Notes: generated by a model from the letters alone, not told the origin. DNA of 64,000 bases from Botryllus schlosseri (GCA_051294905.1 CM119374.1:20894001-20958000); one strand, 5' to 3'; numbered from the stretch's first letter, positions 46,783 through 60,618 are shown. Numbers and translations are program-made.

Positions 46783-48614
46783 GTACTGAATCACGTTAAC
46801 TGAAAGATTGTACTATATTTATACTAATTGTATTGTCATTTGATATTTTTTTATCAGTCGCAAAGATCGATTTTATTTATTTCTCAAGTAGCCCCGTCTG
46901 ATTAACTGATAAACGTATGCAGTTCCACGACCGAGTATTATTTTTGAAGCTATACTTTACTACTACCACCTGAAGTGGTTTTGACATGTTTTAGAAATTA
47001 TCAATTCTGCTTGTAATTGAGTAGAAAGTTAGGTCGTTACTGCTACTTCTCCTCCAGTACTAACCTTGACTACTTTGACCACCTCTGTTTCCCATTAAAG
47101 GCTTATTGGTAAGCCGATACCACCCAACATCGAGTGCAAAATATGGTGCAAGCTATCCGCAGAGTGCACACAGATAGATATAGATATATAATCTGCTCGT
47201 ATCCCCATAGAATTCTTTAAAGGAGTTGTAATATCGTAATTACTTAGGCTCCATTATTACATCGCTGAGTTCTCGATTCCATTTAAGCGTTCTCTCGTAT
47301 ACACGAAATAGCTGAATGAACGAACATGTTTAGGATCTGTTTCAGGATATTCAATTCACCTAGGATACCTGATCCACTTAATTGTAAATTTATATATTAT
47401 CATATAAGATTAAATGAAGTCGAAACCTCTGCTCCGTATTATCCTTACTATACATAATAATCCAATCCGGCATTGCCTTTCCCAAATTTTGTCTGCAGCC
47501 TACTCAACACAATCGTTGTGCTCTATTCTTATGCCAAGTTCTATTTGCTGGATTGCATCTACGACAAGACTTTATTTTGGCACTTCATGATAATCTGATG
47601 TGTCTCACCAACAATCTTACAACGAACGTATTCGTCGAATGGGAAATGGCATCAAAACGCGGTGCATCGAAGGCTGGTCGACAAAAGGCATTTGAAATTG
47701 TAGATGGATGCGTCTTTTCAAATCCTGATACAAAGTCAGCACCTTGAAGGACTGTATTTGTTTAGGGATACTGAAGCATTCGCCCCAGGATCTCCTCTGA
47801 TCTCGACTCAAATCGAACATTCTACTACATGCAGATGCTTTATATGTAGTGCGAGGTCACCAATGCTGACTGCATTTTATAGAGTGATATAATTCTTGAA
47901 AATCCAACTATTTATCAAAGTAGTATTTCATTTCAATATTGAAGTTCAACAAAGCGTATCCTGACACTCCCTAGTTTACACGCCATGGACGTAAATAAGA
48001 TACAGTTGCATTTGGTTGAATGATATTCATAATCTTAATACTATAATTAGCAAGATAGAGAGCACATACTTTCACTTTTAACCATGGGTTTAAGAAGTCA
48101 ACAACTTAACGCGATATCTGTTACCATTTACCGCAAAGGCTCAGACTATAAACGATGTTGGTAACACGTAGCCCACTCTCCGAATAAAATGCACATCGAA
48201 GGATGTCTAAGAGAACTGTTTGTAATATTTTGGCTTATATTGTGGAGTCGGTGGTGTACTGTAGAATGTACAGAGTACACGTACCCACTGTATAGGCTAC
48301 TGTGGGCGTACTCGAACCCGAAGGCGCTACCCACATTCACCCACTGGAGAATGACAATCAGAGTTCTATTTACATAACGGTATAATATCGTGCTTGTATC
48401 AATCACGATACAGCTATGCAATTTGCTGGTCGAATACAAAATGTTACTTGCTATAAATTTAACCCTAAATTATTCATGTTCCGATTTCAATTATATTTAT
48501 CCCATGTAGTCGATTATATTGGGCTATCACAATTCTCACAATTCCTCAGTATAAGATAGGCTTAGATCGGTTTGTGTGAGTAAGAGTCAGTATCAGTTTA
48601 TTTATAATTTCATC

Positions 48615-48845
48615 ATTTCAAACTACCAGCAGACTGCGATACAATGAAAAGCTAGGAGGGTGTCGAAAAGACTTGGAGTAGCCTATAATCGATATCAATA
48701 AGAGGCATGCACACTGGATGGAAAGAAATAAGGGATAACAAAAACGACCGGTGATGAAAATGAATGACACATGTGTCGATATCTAAGGTTGATAAGTCAG
48801 ATCGAGGTCTGGTAATGTTGAGGGCTGACTGGTCTTCACACTATA
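48615..48845 (-). mobile_element. LINE 3'UTR fragment
   Basis: Similar to 4583-4835. Confidence 0.65.
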
Positions 48846-49915
48846 TAATATGTTGCTGGCTAAAATTAAATCACTGTGTTTCATCCGGAAACAGGTTTGT
48901 TTTCTTTTTCGTCATTCCCGACGTATATTAGAACGCCCATGCACGTGGATCTTGATAACATATATAAATGAATCCGAACTCCTAGGTGGCATCGACGCGG
49001 AGTCACTGCATGCCATTTGTGGTCACCAGGTCTATGCATGCCAGCAGATATGGTTAATATCGAATTAGGCCTACTTCTACTTTTTGGTTGTACTCACATA
49101 GGTTTTGCCTGCTTGTACTATAGCTACTCAATTATGTTTTGTTTTTACACTACTTCGCTGCTACTTGAACAGTTTTCAGGCTAAACTACATGCTTACTAA
49201 TTTGGACTTTGAAAAGTAAAAAGTATAGTTTTGCTTGATGGTTGACTAATAAAATATAGGCCTACTCACTTTTCTCCAAGAGATCTGGCGTCGAAGAGGT
49301 CCCAATCTGGCGTTGAAAAATTTATTCACACAAGTCCGGTTATACTCGTAAGTTGCGGTATATTCGAGTCGCTATACGATTTTGAAGTATAATTTTATTC
49401 TTCATTTTAATACCGATGCAGAATTACTTGGGTTGGTCACTTCTATGTTGTTGGAGAATTCAAATATAGCTTTCTCTACTTTATACTCCACATTGTTAAT
49501 ATACTCAATTATACGATGGAGAAGTGAAATTTTAGTTTTTCTGCCAAATTCGCCGAATGCGTGATATTCCAAAGACGGCATCTCCGGAGATGACGCAAAG
49601 CCGCAAAAGCCGGAGTTCTCGGACTTTCACTTTCACTTTATTACTTTACGCAAAGTTCATCGTAAAAGATTGATTGCAACACCCTCTCATTTGCACTCAC
49701 TGATTCATGATGACACAGGAACATACTTGAGCGCATGGCCTGTATTTAGTCCAATACTGTAGGAGCGCATATAGCGTAACAAAACATTTGGGGGTCGTGA
49801 TATTTTTCAAAATATGCCGTCTACGTTTCCGTTTTGGTGACTCAATTAAGAGTAGCACTGTCACAATAAATTTATTAAACTTCGTCAAGTTCATGTTTTT
49901 CGATACGGGTGGAAC

Positions 49916-50766
49916 TAGGGCGATTTTTTGACCTAAAACGGAAAATTTTGACCTAAAAAATCAAAATGTTGACATTTTTTTGACCTAAAAAACGTAGTTT
50001 TTATCAAATTTTGACCTCACGTATGCAAATTAGGTGTTTTCGCATATAATGTTAGAATTGTACTACTTATCTTCAATTGTGGTTGGAACTGTCTTTACGA
50101 AGTAGTTTGGCCTGAAAAAAAAACGTTTTTGACGTAAAAACCGGCAAATTTTACTTTATTTTACCTAAATCAGGACCTATGAAGAATTCCAGTAGTTACA
50201 TCACGTATATGGTAGAAATAATTAAAATTTGTTGTAGTACAACAACGAAAAATACTTTCCTACATTCTCGGGTAGAAAGTGTCTGTCCTTATCAAGTCAC
50301 TTGCCAAGAATGGAGAAAGAAAGTTCAACAAAAGCAGTTGCTGGCTGGCAACACTGAAGTTGTGTGCACACTGCTGGTGACGCAGCGTGTTGCTTCATTC
50401 TGACAACGTTGTCTGCATCACAATTTTTCCTCATGTGCTTCATGATATAAGAACCAATGTCCAAGCAGTCTCGCTTCAGTTAGGATATTGTGGTACGTTG
50501 AGCATAAGACCATGTCAGCCTATTTGTTTCATTTGACCTTTTATGATTCACAATGAGCAGATAATGGGCCGTCTACAACGGTAGGCCTATAAAGTGGGCT
50601 AAAAGTTGAAGATGTCAAATGATAAGTTCACCGACAGTGCAAACATTTACGATACAAACGAAATGCAGGTGACAAAAAAATTCTGACTTTGTAAACATTT
50701 TTGACAATTTTTTGACCTAACGCTACAATTTTGACAAAATTCTGACATGTCAAAAAAATCGCCCTT
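49916..50766. mobile_element. Second, inverted copy of the TAGGGCGATTTT MITE
   Basis: Internal sequence is the reverse complement of 16639-17437. Confidence 0.85.
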
Positions 50767-50852
50767 GTTAATATTAATAGTGGAGCGGGGATTATCACCG
50801 TTTCAGGCCTCGCGTACGACGGTCAAGGAAATGCCGATGGAATTGTTTAGAT

Positions 50853-52087
50853 CAGTGGTTCTTAACCGGCGTCCCATGAAATATTAGGGATTACGTGAGC
50901 CAGTCCCGGGGGTTCCGCGGGAGATCGAGACACACACTCCGCTCCAAGATATTATTTGTGATGATACGCCCATCTTGGTTATCATTGGTTGCTGGTCATT
51001 ATAGGTCCGACCAGTCGTCGAATTATGATTGCTGTGGTGGTACGTCGTGTGCAGTGCAGTGTCATTCTGGAATGTAAATTCCATCTCCAATACTTATAGG
51101 CTCATTTGCAATGAAGTAATTGGTGTCGAAGTTGTGTTTCATCCAAACAATACTATGACGCTTTTCAAGGAGAAGCCTCGCATTTCCGAACTGGTATCTC
51201 AAAGGTAACAGCAGATGTCACACGGATTCGTAATCAATATCAATTATAAAGTTTTCGTTTTGTGTGAAAATTATGTTTGAATGGTAATGGAATGGTCTTT
51301 CAACACTCTGTTGATGCACAGTTCATGTTGTGCAGCAGTGATTTGGAGTAAGATAATAGATGTGTAGTTAGATGTGATTCGTGGTTAATTTTGGTTTTCA
51401 TGACTCAGCGAAAATTTGAGGTTCCGCGAAAGCTTGCAGACTTGCGTAGTTGTTCCGCGCAGAGATGAGCGGATTTGAAATTTCTATGTCCTAATCCAGT
51501 TCAAATCCGAAGTTTCAAATCCTGTTCCTAATCCTAATCCAGAACTTTTGTATATTCCAATCTAAATCCTAGTCCTAATCCGATTCAAATATAGTGTTAA
51601 ATAGTTATAAAGCCTTCAACTTATGCCTAAAATTATGTAGAAAAGAAATAAAACGCTTAATTAGTGCCATACTACAGAAGTAACTTTGGTAGGACGAAAA
51701 ACTTATTCGCCATTCGCCTTAGGACATCAATCTCCCCGAAAATCGGTCAATCCAATCCTAATCCTAATCCATTTAAAAAACAATCTCAAATCCTAATCCA
51801 ATTATAATCCTGGAAGTTTTCACAAATCCGGTGTGTCTAAATCCTAATCCTAATCCATGCTCATTGGGCTGTTCAAAAATAACTTTTTTTTCGGATTCCA
51901 GCCATTCACTTATTAAATTGTCAGGTTACCCTAAAAAACGCTGCACACCAAATTTGGCTCAATTCTAACAAGTTTAGGACTCCGCAGATCCAATAAAAAA
52001 AATTAATGAATTAGGGAAAATTATTTTTGAACAGCCCTAATGCTCATCTCTGGTGGCTTAGTGAAGGTTAAGAAGTAAGAACCACTG
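50853..52087 (+). mobile_element. hAT (Buster-like) deletion derivative with two nested MITEs (51460-52052; 51865-52039)
   Basis: TIR CAGTGGTTCTTA; residual KPRISELVSQR*QQMSH; the innermost element has the perfect TSD ATGCTCAT. Confidence 0.8.
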
Positions 52088-52110
52088 AGATATTGAAACT
52101 AGGGATGGTG

Positions 52111-53088
52111 CAGTGTTTGGATCAAGTCACTACCTTCGAGTCACGAGTCATTTCGAGTCATTGCACATTTTGACTCGAGTCAAGTCAAGTCCATCAATTT
52201 TCGAAGGTGACTCGAGTCAAGTCAAGTCACTCGTTTTTTGGAGGTGACTCGAGTCAAGTCAAGTCAAGTCAAGTCACGAGTCAAGTCACAATTCAAGTCA
52301 TAGTGAATTTTCGAAGTATGAGTGATGATTCAAAGTCATTACATTTTGCTCGCTGCATGAAGGACAGATTAATTGACCATTTATCTTGAATCATATAACG
52401 AATATGAAGTTAAATACATGCTAAAAGGCGTTGTACCACTGACGCACACGTAGAACTGCTAATAAAATACATGAATAACTGTATAGCTACATGTTAGATT
52501 GTTATTATCATCCAAAATTGAGGATCGAATACGAAGCCTCGAAAAGTTGGAACAAATTGATATCGTACAATACCCAACCATCCAGCATACGTCCGTGAGA
52601 ATACAAACGCATAAACTATATTCGTTCGATTTAAATCATACAAGAGGATTGGTAAATGTGAGCGCTATGCACAATGTTAGCACTGACCACTGAGCCGTCT
52701 AAGAAACAGAGATACGTTACTATATTAGATTAATCTACTACTATACTACTACGACAACGTAAGCTGTGATAATTTTGTTTGCAGTCAATGTATTTGTGAT
52801 ATAACAATGGAGGATCAGTGAAACCTGAAACGTACTATCAGTGAATGACTGGTCGCTTTCACAAGTGACATCGGCGTATCGCGAACATTCCGAACACACA
52901 CAAGATGCAGAGATTTAATCGACAACGTTCACTTGATGACTCGAAATTGACTCGTGAATTTTGCTCCGAGTCACGAGTCAATCCACATTTCTGAAGCGCC
53001 GAGTCAAGTCAAGTCAAGTCATTTTAGCAAAGTGACTCGAGTCAAGTCAAGTCATATGAAAAAGGTGACTCGAGTCATCCCAACACTG
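52111..53088. mobile_element. hAT-type element, TIR CAGTGTT(T/G)GGAT, GACTCGAGTC/AAGTC repeats
   Basis: Perfect 8-bp TSD GGATGGTG. Confidence 0.9.
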
Positions 53089-53563
53089 GGATGGTGTGAA
53101 CGTTCGTATTCGGTATTCAAACAGTGATTATTTCGATGCTGCCGTTAAAACACGAGCCTATACTCTATACGCTCTACCATGTGAACAATGTTACTGAACA
53201 TGTTTGGGAAATACCTGTGATTTCCAGCAGTCTATAATATATGATTCAAATTCATTGGATTTCAACTTCATATCATAATCTGCCGGACGATGGCGACAAG
53301 AACGGTTATTCAACAGAAAACTAAGAGGGACCTTTTTACGTCACTATTGATTATAGTTGCGACTAACAAGTGACATGTCACGATATTTTGGAAGTTAAGC
53401 TTCCGTCACCAGCACCTGATTGTCCTATAGGCCCATAAGTCCCATGCGGTCCAGCGCTCGCAGACTATCTATGTCTGAGGAGACCTAAATCGTATATTTG
53501 GGTCCGTGATGCAAAATGTAATATGAAAATTCCCATTCCCACATACTGTGTGCGTATGCGGGT

Positions 53564-53814
53564 TTTGTTTCGTCTGTGGTATTCATGGTGTTTATCGACT
53601 ACTATGGTCATTTACACCAGGCCAATGTTCTTCATTCTAATTCCGTGGCTGCCGACTTGTAGCACCGATTACACGGGTGAGATGGCGAGGAGGAGCCTAG
53701 ATAAACCTCCAACACTTAGGTAGGAATTCCGGAGTAGAACTCCGTCAGACTCGAACCCGCAACCCATTGGTGTTGCAGCAATGGATTATACCACTATACG
53801 CTATCTAACCACAC
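53564..53814 (-). mobile_element. tRNA-derived SINE
   Basis: Family match; 13-bp TSD TGCG(T/C)ATGCGGGT. Confidence 0.85.
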
Positions 53815-54729
53815 TGCGCATGCGGGTCTTTGCTGAAGAAAGTGACTTTCGATCTATTAGAAATTTATTAACTGTAGGTATACATTTCGTCGAAGTTGGG
53901 TTACCATATTTTAAAATCCGGAAAGCAGGACCCTTCTGACAACCCCTAAAGTTTAGTGTACCGAAATTGAAAACAGCTGATTTTGTAATATTTACAGGAA
54001 ATCTTGATGTGAAAAAAGGGTCATCACTTTGAGTCGACTCCTGCGGGTAATTTTTCAGATTATACTCTCGCATGACCCGTCGTCTATCTTCTAGGCCAAA
54101 ATTTCAAGCCTTTCGTGGTCTCTGTTGGCATTGTAGCCCAAAAAGGAGGACAAATTGACAAGAAGGAGGACATTTGGAGGAAGGAAGAACATTTGTTCCA
54201 AAAATGAGGACCAATCCTCCTAAAGGAGGACGTACCGTAACCCTAGTTAAAGTCACATCATCATGACTCATATCTTATATCGAAAGTATCACGCTGATTG
54301 ATGAATACTAAATCAGCAATATCGCCCACTGACCCCTGACCAATAATCCAGACAGCCAACGCCTCCTACCTAATATCGACCTATCGTTTATTGCCCCCAC
54401 ATACTACGTTGGCGTTTATGGAATTTTTAGTATAATTCATAGGCAGCACGATATACGTTATTTCGGAGTGCCAACTCGTCAATGGAAATTTATGGACATA
54501 CATTATTATCAAGGAATAAAATCGTGAAAGCAATTTCCCTTCTACTATCATTGTATTTCGACGTGGTGCATTAATGCTCTTATAACAATCAATTATTGTC
54601 ATGGTTCAGGCGTTTATGAATGTGTGTTTAATAAGACTCGCTGGCTAATAATGCTGTTATTATGATTGATCGGTTAGAAAATTCAATATTGTATGACAAT
54701 AAACATCTACCGGTATGGAGAGGGTTGCG

Positions 54730-55900
54730 CAGAGGTGGTCAGTAACGAAGTACTTCTACTTTTGGGAAGTACTCAAGTAGTTTTCCTGTACTTCTGGTAC
54801 TTACTCAAGTAGATCTGATTTTCCCTATTTCTACTTCTACATCGTAATATTAAGTGATCTACTTACATACTTTTCGCTATTTTCAAATTGTCAAGTAGAA
54901 GTAGTTTAACCCCTATACGAAAAATAGCCAGAGGAATTTCGGGGCTGTTTTCACGGAGAGTACCATCATTTATTATTCATAAAAGTCAAGTAAAGCCCAG
55001 AAATGTTGTTGCTCTTCGCGCACAGTAGTTATGGAGTGACAAATATGTTTTCGCGAAAGTATCAGTGAATATAATTTAGGTACTGGATTGCTTGGTTCCG
55101 CTCTCACCGCATTGGTGCCCATATCAAATATTTTTTTTTAACGTTACACCTGTTGTAGCAAATCATCTTTGAAGCTTTATGGACAAAAGACATGAAATAT
55201 ATTTTCCGCTATTTAAAAGTGGTGTTTATATTTCACTTTCAATTCCGAGTATCATACTTTGAGTTCTAATTACTTTCAGGTCTTTTGTCTGCAGAACATA
55301 CATGTTGAAGCATAAAAGCAAGTGTAGTAATGCCTCTCTTTTCCGAAAATAAAGCTACACTAATTATAAATTTTACGACCCACAACATTTTGTATTAACG
55401 TATACGCTATACTAATCGCGCAAAGTGTTGAAATCGTATCCGATACAACTTTTTCGTATTGCTCTTCGCCTAAACTTGAGGCCTTATAATATGGGGTAGG
55501 GTGCCATACCATGATATTCTCTAAAATGGAGTCTTCTAGTAAAAAAAGGGTTAGTATCGCATTTTCATATCAATACTATAATTTGCATCCCATGATGCGA
55601 AAGAATGCTTATACTGTCGAAAATTGATACCTCCTGGGATTCATCAATACGAATCAAGCTCTTTGCACCTTCCGTATAGCTCAATTTGCAGTTTTTGACA
55701 GTCCATGCGAACGAATTAAGACTGTTTTCAAAACTACTTACTTACTTGAGTAGATTTAAAGTCAGTCAATTCTACTTCTACTTCAAGTAGTTTTATGTGG
55801 CTTATGGAAGAAGTACTTCAACTCGTACTTGAGTAGATTTTTTTCGTCGCTACTTCTACTTCTACTTGAGTAGCTTTCTTGACTACTTTGACCACCTCTG
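54730..55900. mobile_element. Long CAGAGGTGGTC-TIR element (same family as 31104)
   Basis: Both TIRs present; TSD unclear. Confidence 0.8.
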
Positions 55901-56368
55901 AGGGTAGGTGACAATTTCATATAGAAGCGCCTTGTGCGACCGCGAACGACGTGACCACATATTCTAATATGTCTCTTCTTAGTGCACAAATATAGCTATT
56001 GATTAACAGATTTTAACGTAGATCACTGTAGAGTTCATGACGCCTTCTTCTACTCTCAGCCCCCAAATCGCCCAGTTCGTAGCTAGCGCCACTTTGAGCT
56101 CTCTGGCGCCCACCTTGGGATTGGGAACCACTGTTGTAGATTCACATTGCGCACATTTGTGAGTGATAGTGATTGGTAATGTGACGACGTAGGTTTATAA
56201 TCTGCACGCCTACCGTGCTGTTGGCACCACATCTCTTCCCCTTCTGTCCTTTGTAACAATACCGGCCGAAACGAAACGTAAATCCCACTAACAAATATAC
56301 GGCCAATATCAATGAAGGTCACGAGACGCAAACGCTCATCTTACGACATCGGATGCAATAGTCAAAGG

Positions 56369-56590
56369 GCGGCGAGTAGCGCAGTGGTAATCCACAGCTG
56401 CGACACCAGGGTTGCGGGTTCGAGTCCGACCGAGGTCGACTCCAGAATTGTTACCTAAGTGTTGGAGGTTTATCTAGTAGTTGGAGTTAGTAGTTGTTAG
56501 TATAGTTAGTAGTTTATCTAGGCTTTTTGTGGTGTATGGAATTGATAAAATTGCTAATAAACCAATGATGAAGATGAAAACAACAACATT
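56369..56590 (+). mobile_element. SINE 5' head joined to a LINE 3' tail
   Basis: 56369-56478 matches the SINE head; 56524-56575 matches 62035-62090. Confidence 0.65.
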
Positions 56591-57159
56591 GAATAATACA
56601 GGATGAATTCATTGCAAACGCTCAATAGGTCAAAATTCTGTAAAATATTGGGCACTTCTTCGACGGTATTCCCCACACATCGATGAGTGATCCCCATGAA
56701 ACCAATAAAGTTTCCCATGAACACGTCAAAATTTATAAACGTCGAAATAAACTGTTGTTTGCCTTGGAGGAACGGATAATAGGGTTAGTGTAGGGTTGCC
56801 ATACGTCCGGAATTTCCCGGACATGTCCGGAATTTCACTGATAAAACTGCGTCCGGGAGGAAATTCTAAAATATGCCTAAATGTCCGGAATTTTGAAGGC
56901 TTGAAGTAGGCTCAAAGATTTTTCGTAAATCAACATAAACAATATTATTTTCAATCAGCTTTATGCTATTCGAAATTTTTCTTCGCGCTGCGCGCGAGTT
57001 AATGCAAGGTATATTGATATTAGTATGGGCACCAGGCACCGCCCTCGCAAAAAATGCAATCAAAAAGAAATAGAAATAGCCATCATTTACTGATATCAGT
57101 CTAATTGTAATCGCAATTTAAGCTAACGGTATATTTCTAGAGTTGGTTAAGGCGGTTCC

Positions 57160-57578
57160 CTACTATTACCGAGAATGCTATTACCGAGATGGACATTACC
57201 GAGAATGGTATTACCGAGAATGGACATTACCGAGAACGGACAATACCGAGAACGGACATTACCGAGAATGGACAATACCGAGAATGGACATTACCGAGAA
57301 TGACATTACCGAGAATGCTATTACCGAGAATGGACATTACCGAGAATGCTATTACCGAGAATGGACATTACCGAGAACGGACATTACCGAGAATGGATAT
57401 TACCGAGAATGGACAATACCGAGAATGGACATTAGCGAGAATGCTATTACCGAGAATGGACATTACCGAGAATGCTATTACCGAGAACGGACATTACCGA
57501 AAATGGACAATACCGAGAATGGACATTACCGAGAACGGACTTTGTCGAGAATGGACATTACCGAGAATGTATATTACC
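57160..57578 (+). repeat. Left TIR array: ~26 units ATTACCGAGAATG(GAC/CT), 15-16 bp
   Basis: Directly visible; unit count estimated from length. Confidence 0.95.
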
Positions 57579-58382
57579 ACTGACTGACACTGTATGACTG
57601 GTACCGAACACAGTGGACTTGGATACGACCAAAGTAACCATAGACCATAACTACATTACGTACAGATTACGTACCATATTACGTACGTATAAGGCAGTAG
57701 CGACCAACTTTTTTACCCTTCGCTACCATTACTGTAAGAAGCACGGGCGTAACCGATGCCACTGTCAGCAGCAGATTGGGATTCCGGGGTTGAAACGATA
57801 AATATGACAAAATTAAAAATGTTTGGCGCGCTGCAGCATACGAACAGTTGCCGAGCCCTGAGATAGACTATGAGCTTATATTCCACACTCATCACACTGC
57901 ATGTCCTATCCCCAGCTTTGACTGCTCGTATGCAAAGGTGATATAGGATTCGTGCTATATTTTCTCGCCTCTCCTTGCCTACTCGTTACTTCTAGGGCTT
58001 GCAGAAATAAGAGACTGAGGAATTTCGGATGTACACTATCCCCAAAAAATCTAGTCTGCACTTTGGAAAACAATCATTCGTTCAGTAGACCTGAAGTTTA
58101 TTATTTATATGGCATGACTGACATATAAATACAACGAAACAAACGAAGTGAAAGACACTCTAATTGACTTTACACGAGAGATTCAGATTGTAAATATGTA
58201 ATAGTGATTGCCATAGATTTAGTAGCACTTAGGTCTATTGAAACCTAATATCCGAAAACTTGCGGAGCTCTGCTCCGTCCTCAGAAACCTCAGGTACGAG
58301 CAGGGCTCCGTAAGCTGGTAATTTTAGTTTCAATAGACACGGCGTTACGCTAAATCTGTCTTGATCGCCATTATATATTTAC

Positions 58383-60618
58383 TCAGTTAAGATTATGTGC
58401 CACTCTCTTCAGAAAAGTTTCTGGCATTGGGTCATTCGTCCATGTTTCCTCACAGAGTCGCTTCAAATTTTCGCTCAGTGTAACGTATTTCTTCTTTCTT
58501 GTAGGCGGTTCTTGACCAGAGAAAGTTTGAATTAAGTCCACTTGCTTTTGTATGACATCCTTCCTTCAAAAATATGCCATGTTTGTAATTAGTATGCCAT
58601 GTATAATATGCCTGAATCTTAGGGCGGAGATAATAAAGTTAGCTGATCCGGGAGAATGCTAATCATGTGATTAAAACTGATTGCTCTTTTTATTATTTTT
58701 TCGGATATGACGATAAGGGGCGCGCGAAATTTTTCACTATCATCAAGGGGCGTGTCTAAAAAAGATTGAGGACCGCTGATCTACGGCAGCATACAATAAA
58801 AAACTTACTTAATACATTCTAAAAAACTCCAAATATTCACGTGGCACCCCCCAACCAGTACGCCGAAGCCACGATGCCATCCTTCAACGGAGTTGTTCGT
58901 TCGGTGCATGTCATCGATGGTACGTCGCCGCACGTTCCACACGCTGGGTGGGAATAGTGCCCGCCTGACACTGCCTTGTTGATAGTTTGTGCTACCTAAC
59001 GCAGAAAAGATAATGATTGAAATATGCCTATATTGATAGAATTGTGCTACAGCCTACCTATATATGTATCTCGAAAATAATTAGCCAAGTCGTCGGCAAT
59101 ACTTGGCCAGCCGTTGGCAGAGGAAGTCAATCTACGAAAGCAACGTTCTACGTCTGACTCCGGCACAAAAGCCAGGGCCGTCAAGGACTTTACCTGTAAC
59201 AAAACCTCAAGTTATTATCACTTAGCGATAACGTCATTGGCTATCCAAAGGCTTGCCTGAATGGAGAAGTCGCGATCAGATAGATATTGAGTTTTCAATC
59301 CTAACTCCTGCACCTTTCTTTGTACACTTTGACTGAGATGAAACAGGCACCCCGTAATTTTAACATTCGAAAATTCATCAGAGAATGCCCGAATGGCTGC
59401 CAATTCAAAGTCGTGCATAAGGGTTGTGGGCTGCAATGAAGGCCTTTTTTGTTTTAGCACCTGTTATTAAATGCATCATTATTTGTTATTAGCCTTACAT
59501 AGTTGATTATGTAGAGATTGCAGAGTAGAGAAAACTTCTAAATGTAGGCCTACCCCTATATATAATCTACGGGTGGTGTGAACGTGAGGTTCACGTTCTG
59601 TATGCGCCCTAGTGTTTAAATGACCATTGTTGTCAGAAAACACTATGTGAATACCAGAAAAAGCAACAATACCACATGTGCAAATTGTGATTATTCAACT
59701 AATCAATTTTTTAATTCAACGAAATTTAGGTAAAGAATGCATCGATGTGAAATGTAAAATCTAGCAGGCGTACGGGAGTTGCCTTGATTTGATATATTAT
59801 CATGAAAACCGAATCTGCTCGATTACGGTGTTGGCTACATCAATTTCAGCATTCGAACAAGACTTTACTCGGTTTGATAGCTATACGGCTGTACGCAGTC
59901 GAGTGCACCAACATAGGAAAGTTGTTGTGATAAGCATGACTCGCGGCTGGCGTAATTTACGTCATTTCGGCAAAGGCATCGCGTAAGGCAGTGCGCATTG
60001 TAATTCGAGTATAGTTGGTATTTCCTGCGGACGTTTACTCTGCCTCATATGAGACCAAACTCAATGTTATTGGTCTTATAGATCCTATTGATCGTACACA
60101 ACCAACTATATGTATATTTTCCAGCTGCATAGGGCCATCGGAAGTAAATATATTTTCATTCTAGAGCAGAACGAACTGTTGGTTGATCTCAAAGAAAATG
60201 TCATTGCTGGATAGCACTAATTTTTAGTTAAATTTAACAACACTTGTAGCATTTACTTACAGACATTGCGAGCTGCCGTTACTCGTAAAAGCATGATGGT
60301 ATTTGTTAAAGCATAGTAAACACTACAAAACTATAAATAACCATACCTTTGAACCACTTCTTTGGCCTCTACTGTGCCAAAACTAGCACAGTGATTATGT
60401 TCTTGGGATTGCTGTATGATACATGGTGGATCCGACCCATTAATGACTTTCAAGGAACACCGACATCTACTTTTGTCGTAATGAGTGCAAATCCAGTACG
60501 AGATGCCCTTTGACAATTTCGTTTTCCGAAATATGAATTCACCGACGGCAATTAACATATTTCCTCGTGGGGAAAGAATAAATTTTCCCAATATATTAGG
60601 ACCTGATTGCTCCGCCAT
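58383..60618 (-). pseudogene. FLYWCH + MULE (DDE) transposase; exons 60347-60618, [gap], 59257-59460, 59058-59193, 58809-58995, 58383-58563
   Basis: FLYWCH: SPRG..L..GEFIF.K....YWIC..Y.K..C...HNH. MULE: DFELAA, GCLFHLSQ, ALAFVP, YF.DTYIG, FPPSVWN, RTNNSVEGWH, KKKY, FLKRVAHNL*. Splice phases are consistent; the DGTF exon was not found. Confidence 0.88.

Noticed and set aside
47530-47900. Coding-like, stop-interrupted stretch
   Set aside because: Could be a decayed TE ORF, but I recognise no family motif; needs tBLASTx
57143-57587. ORFs with ENGHYRE/MDITEN repeats (also at 63535-63959)
   Set aside because: Translations of the TIR minisatellite, not genes
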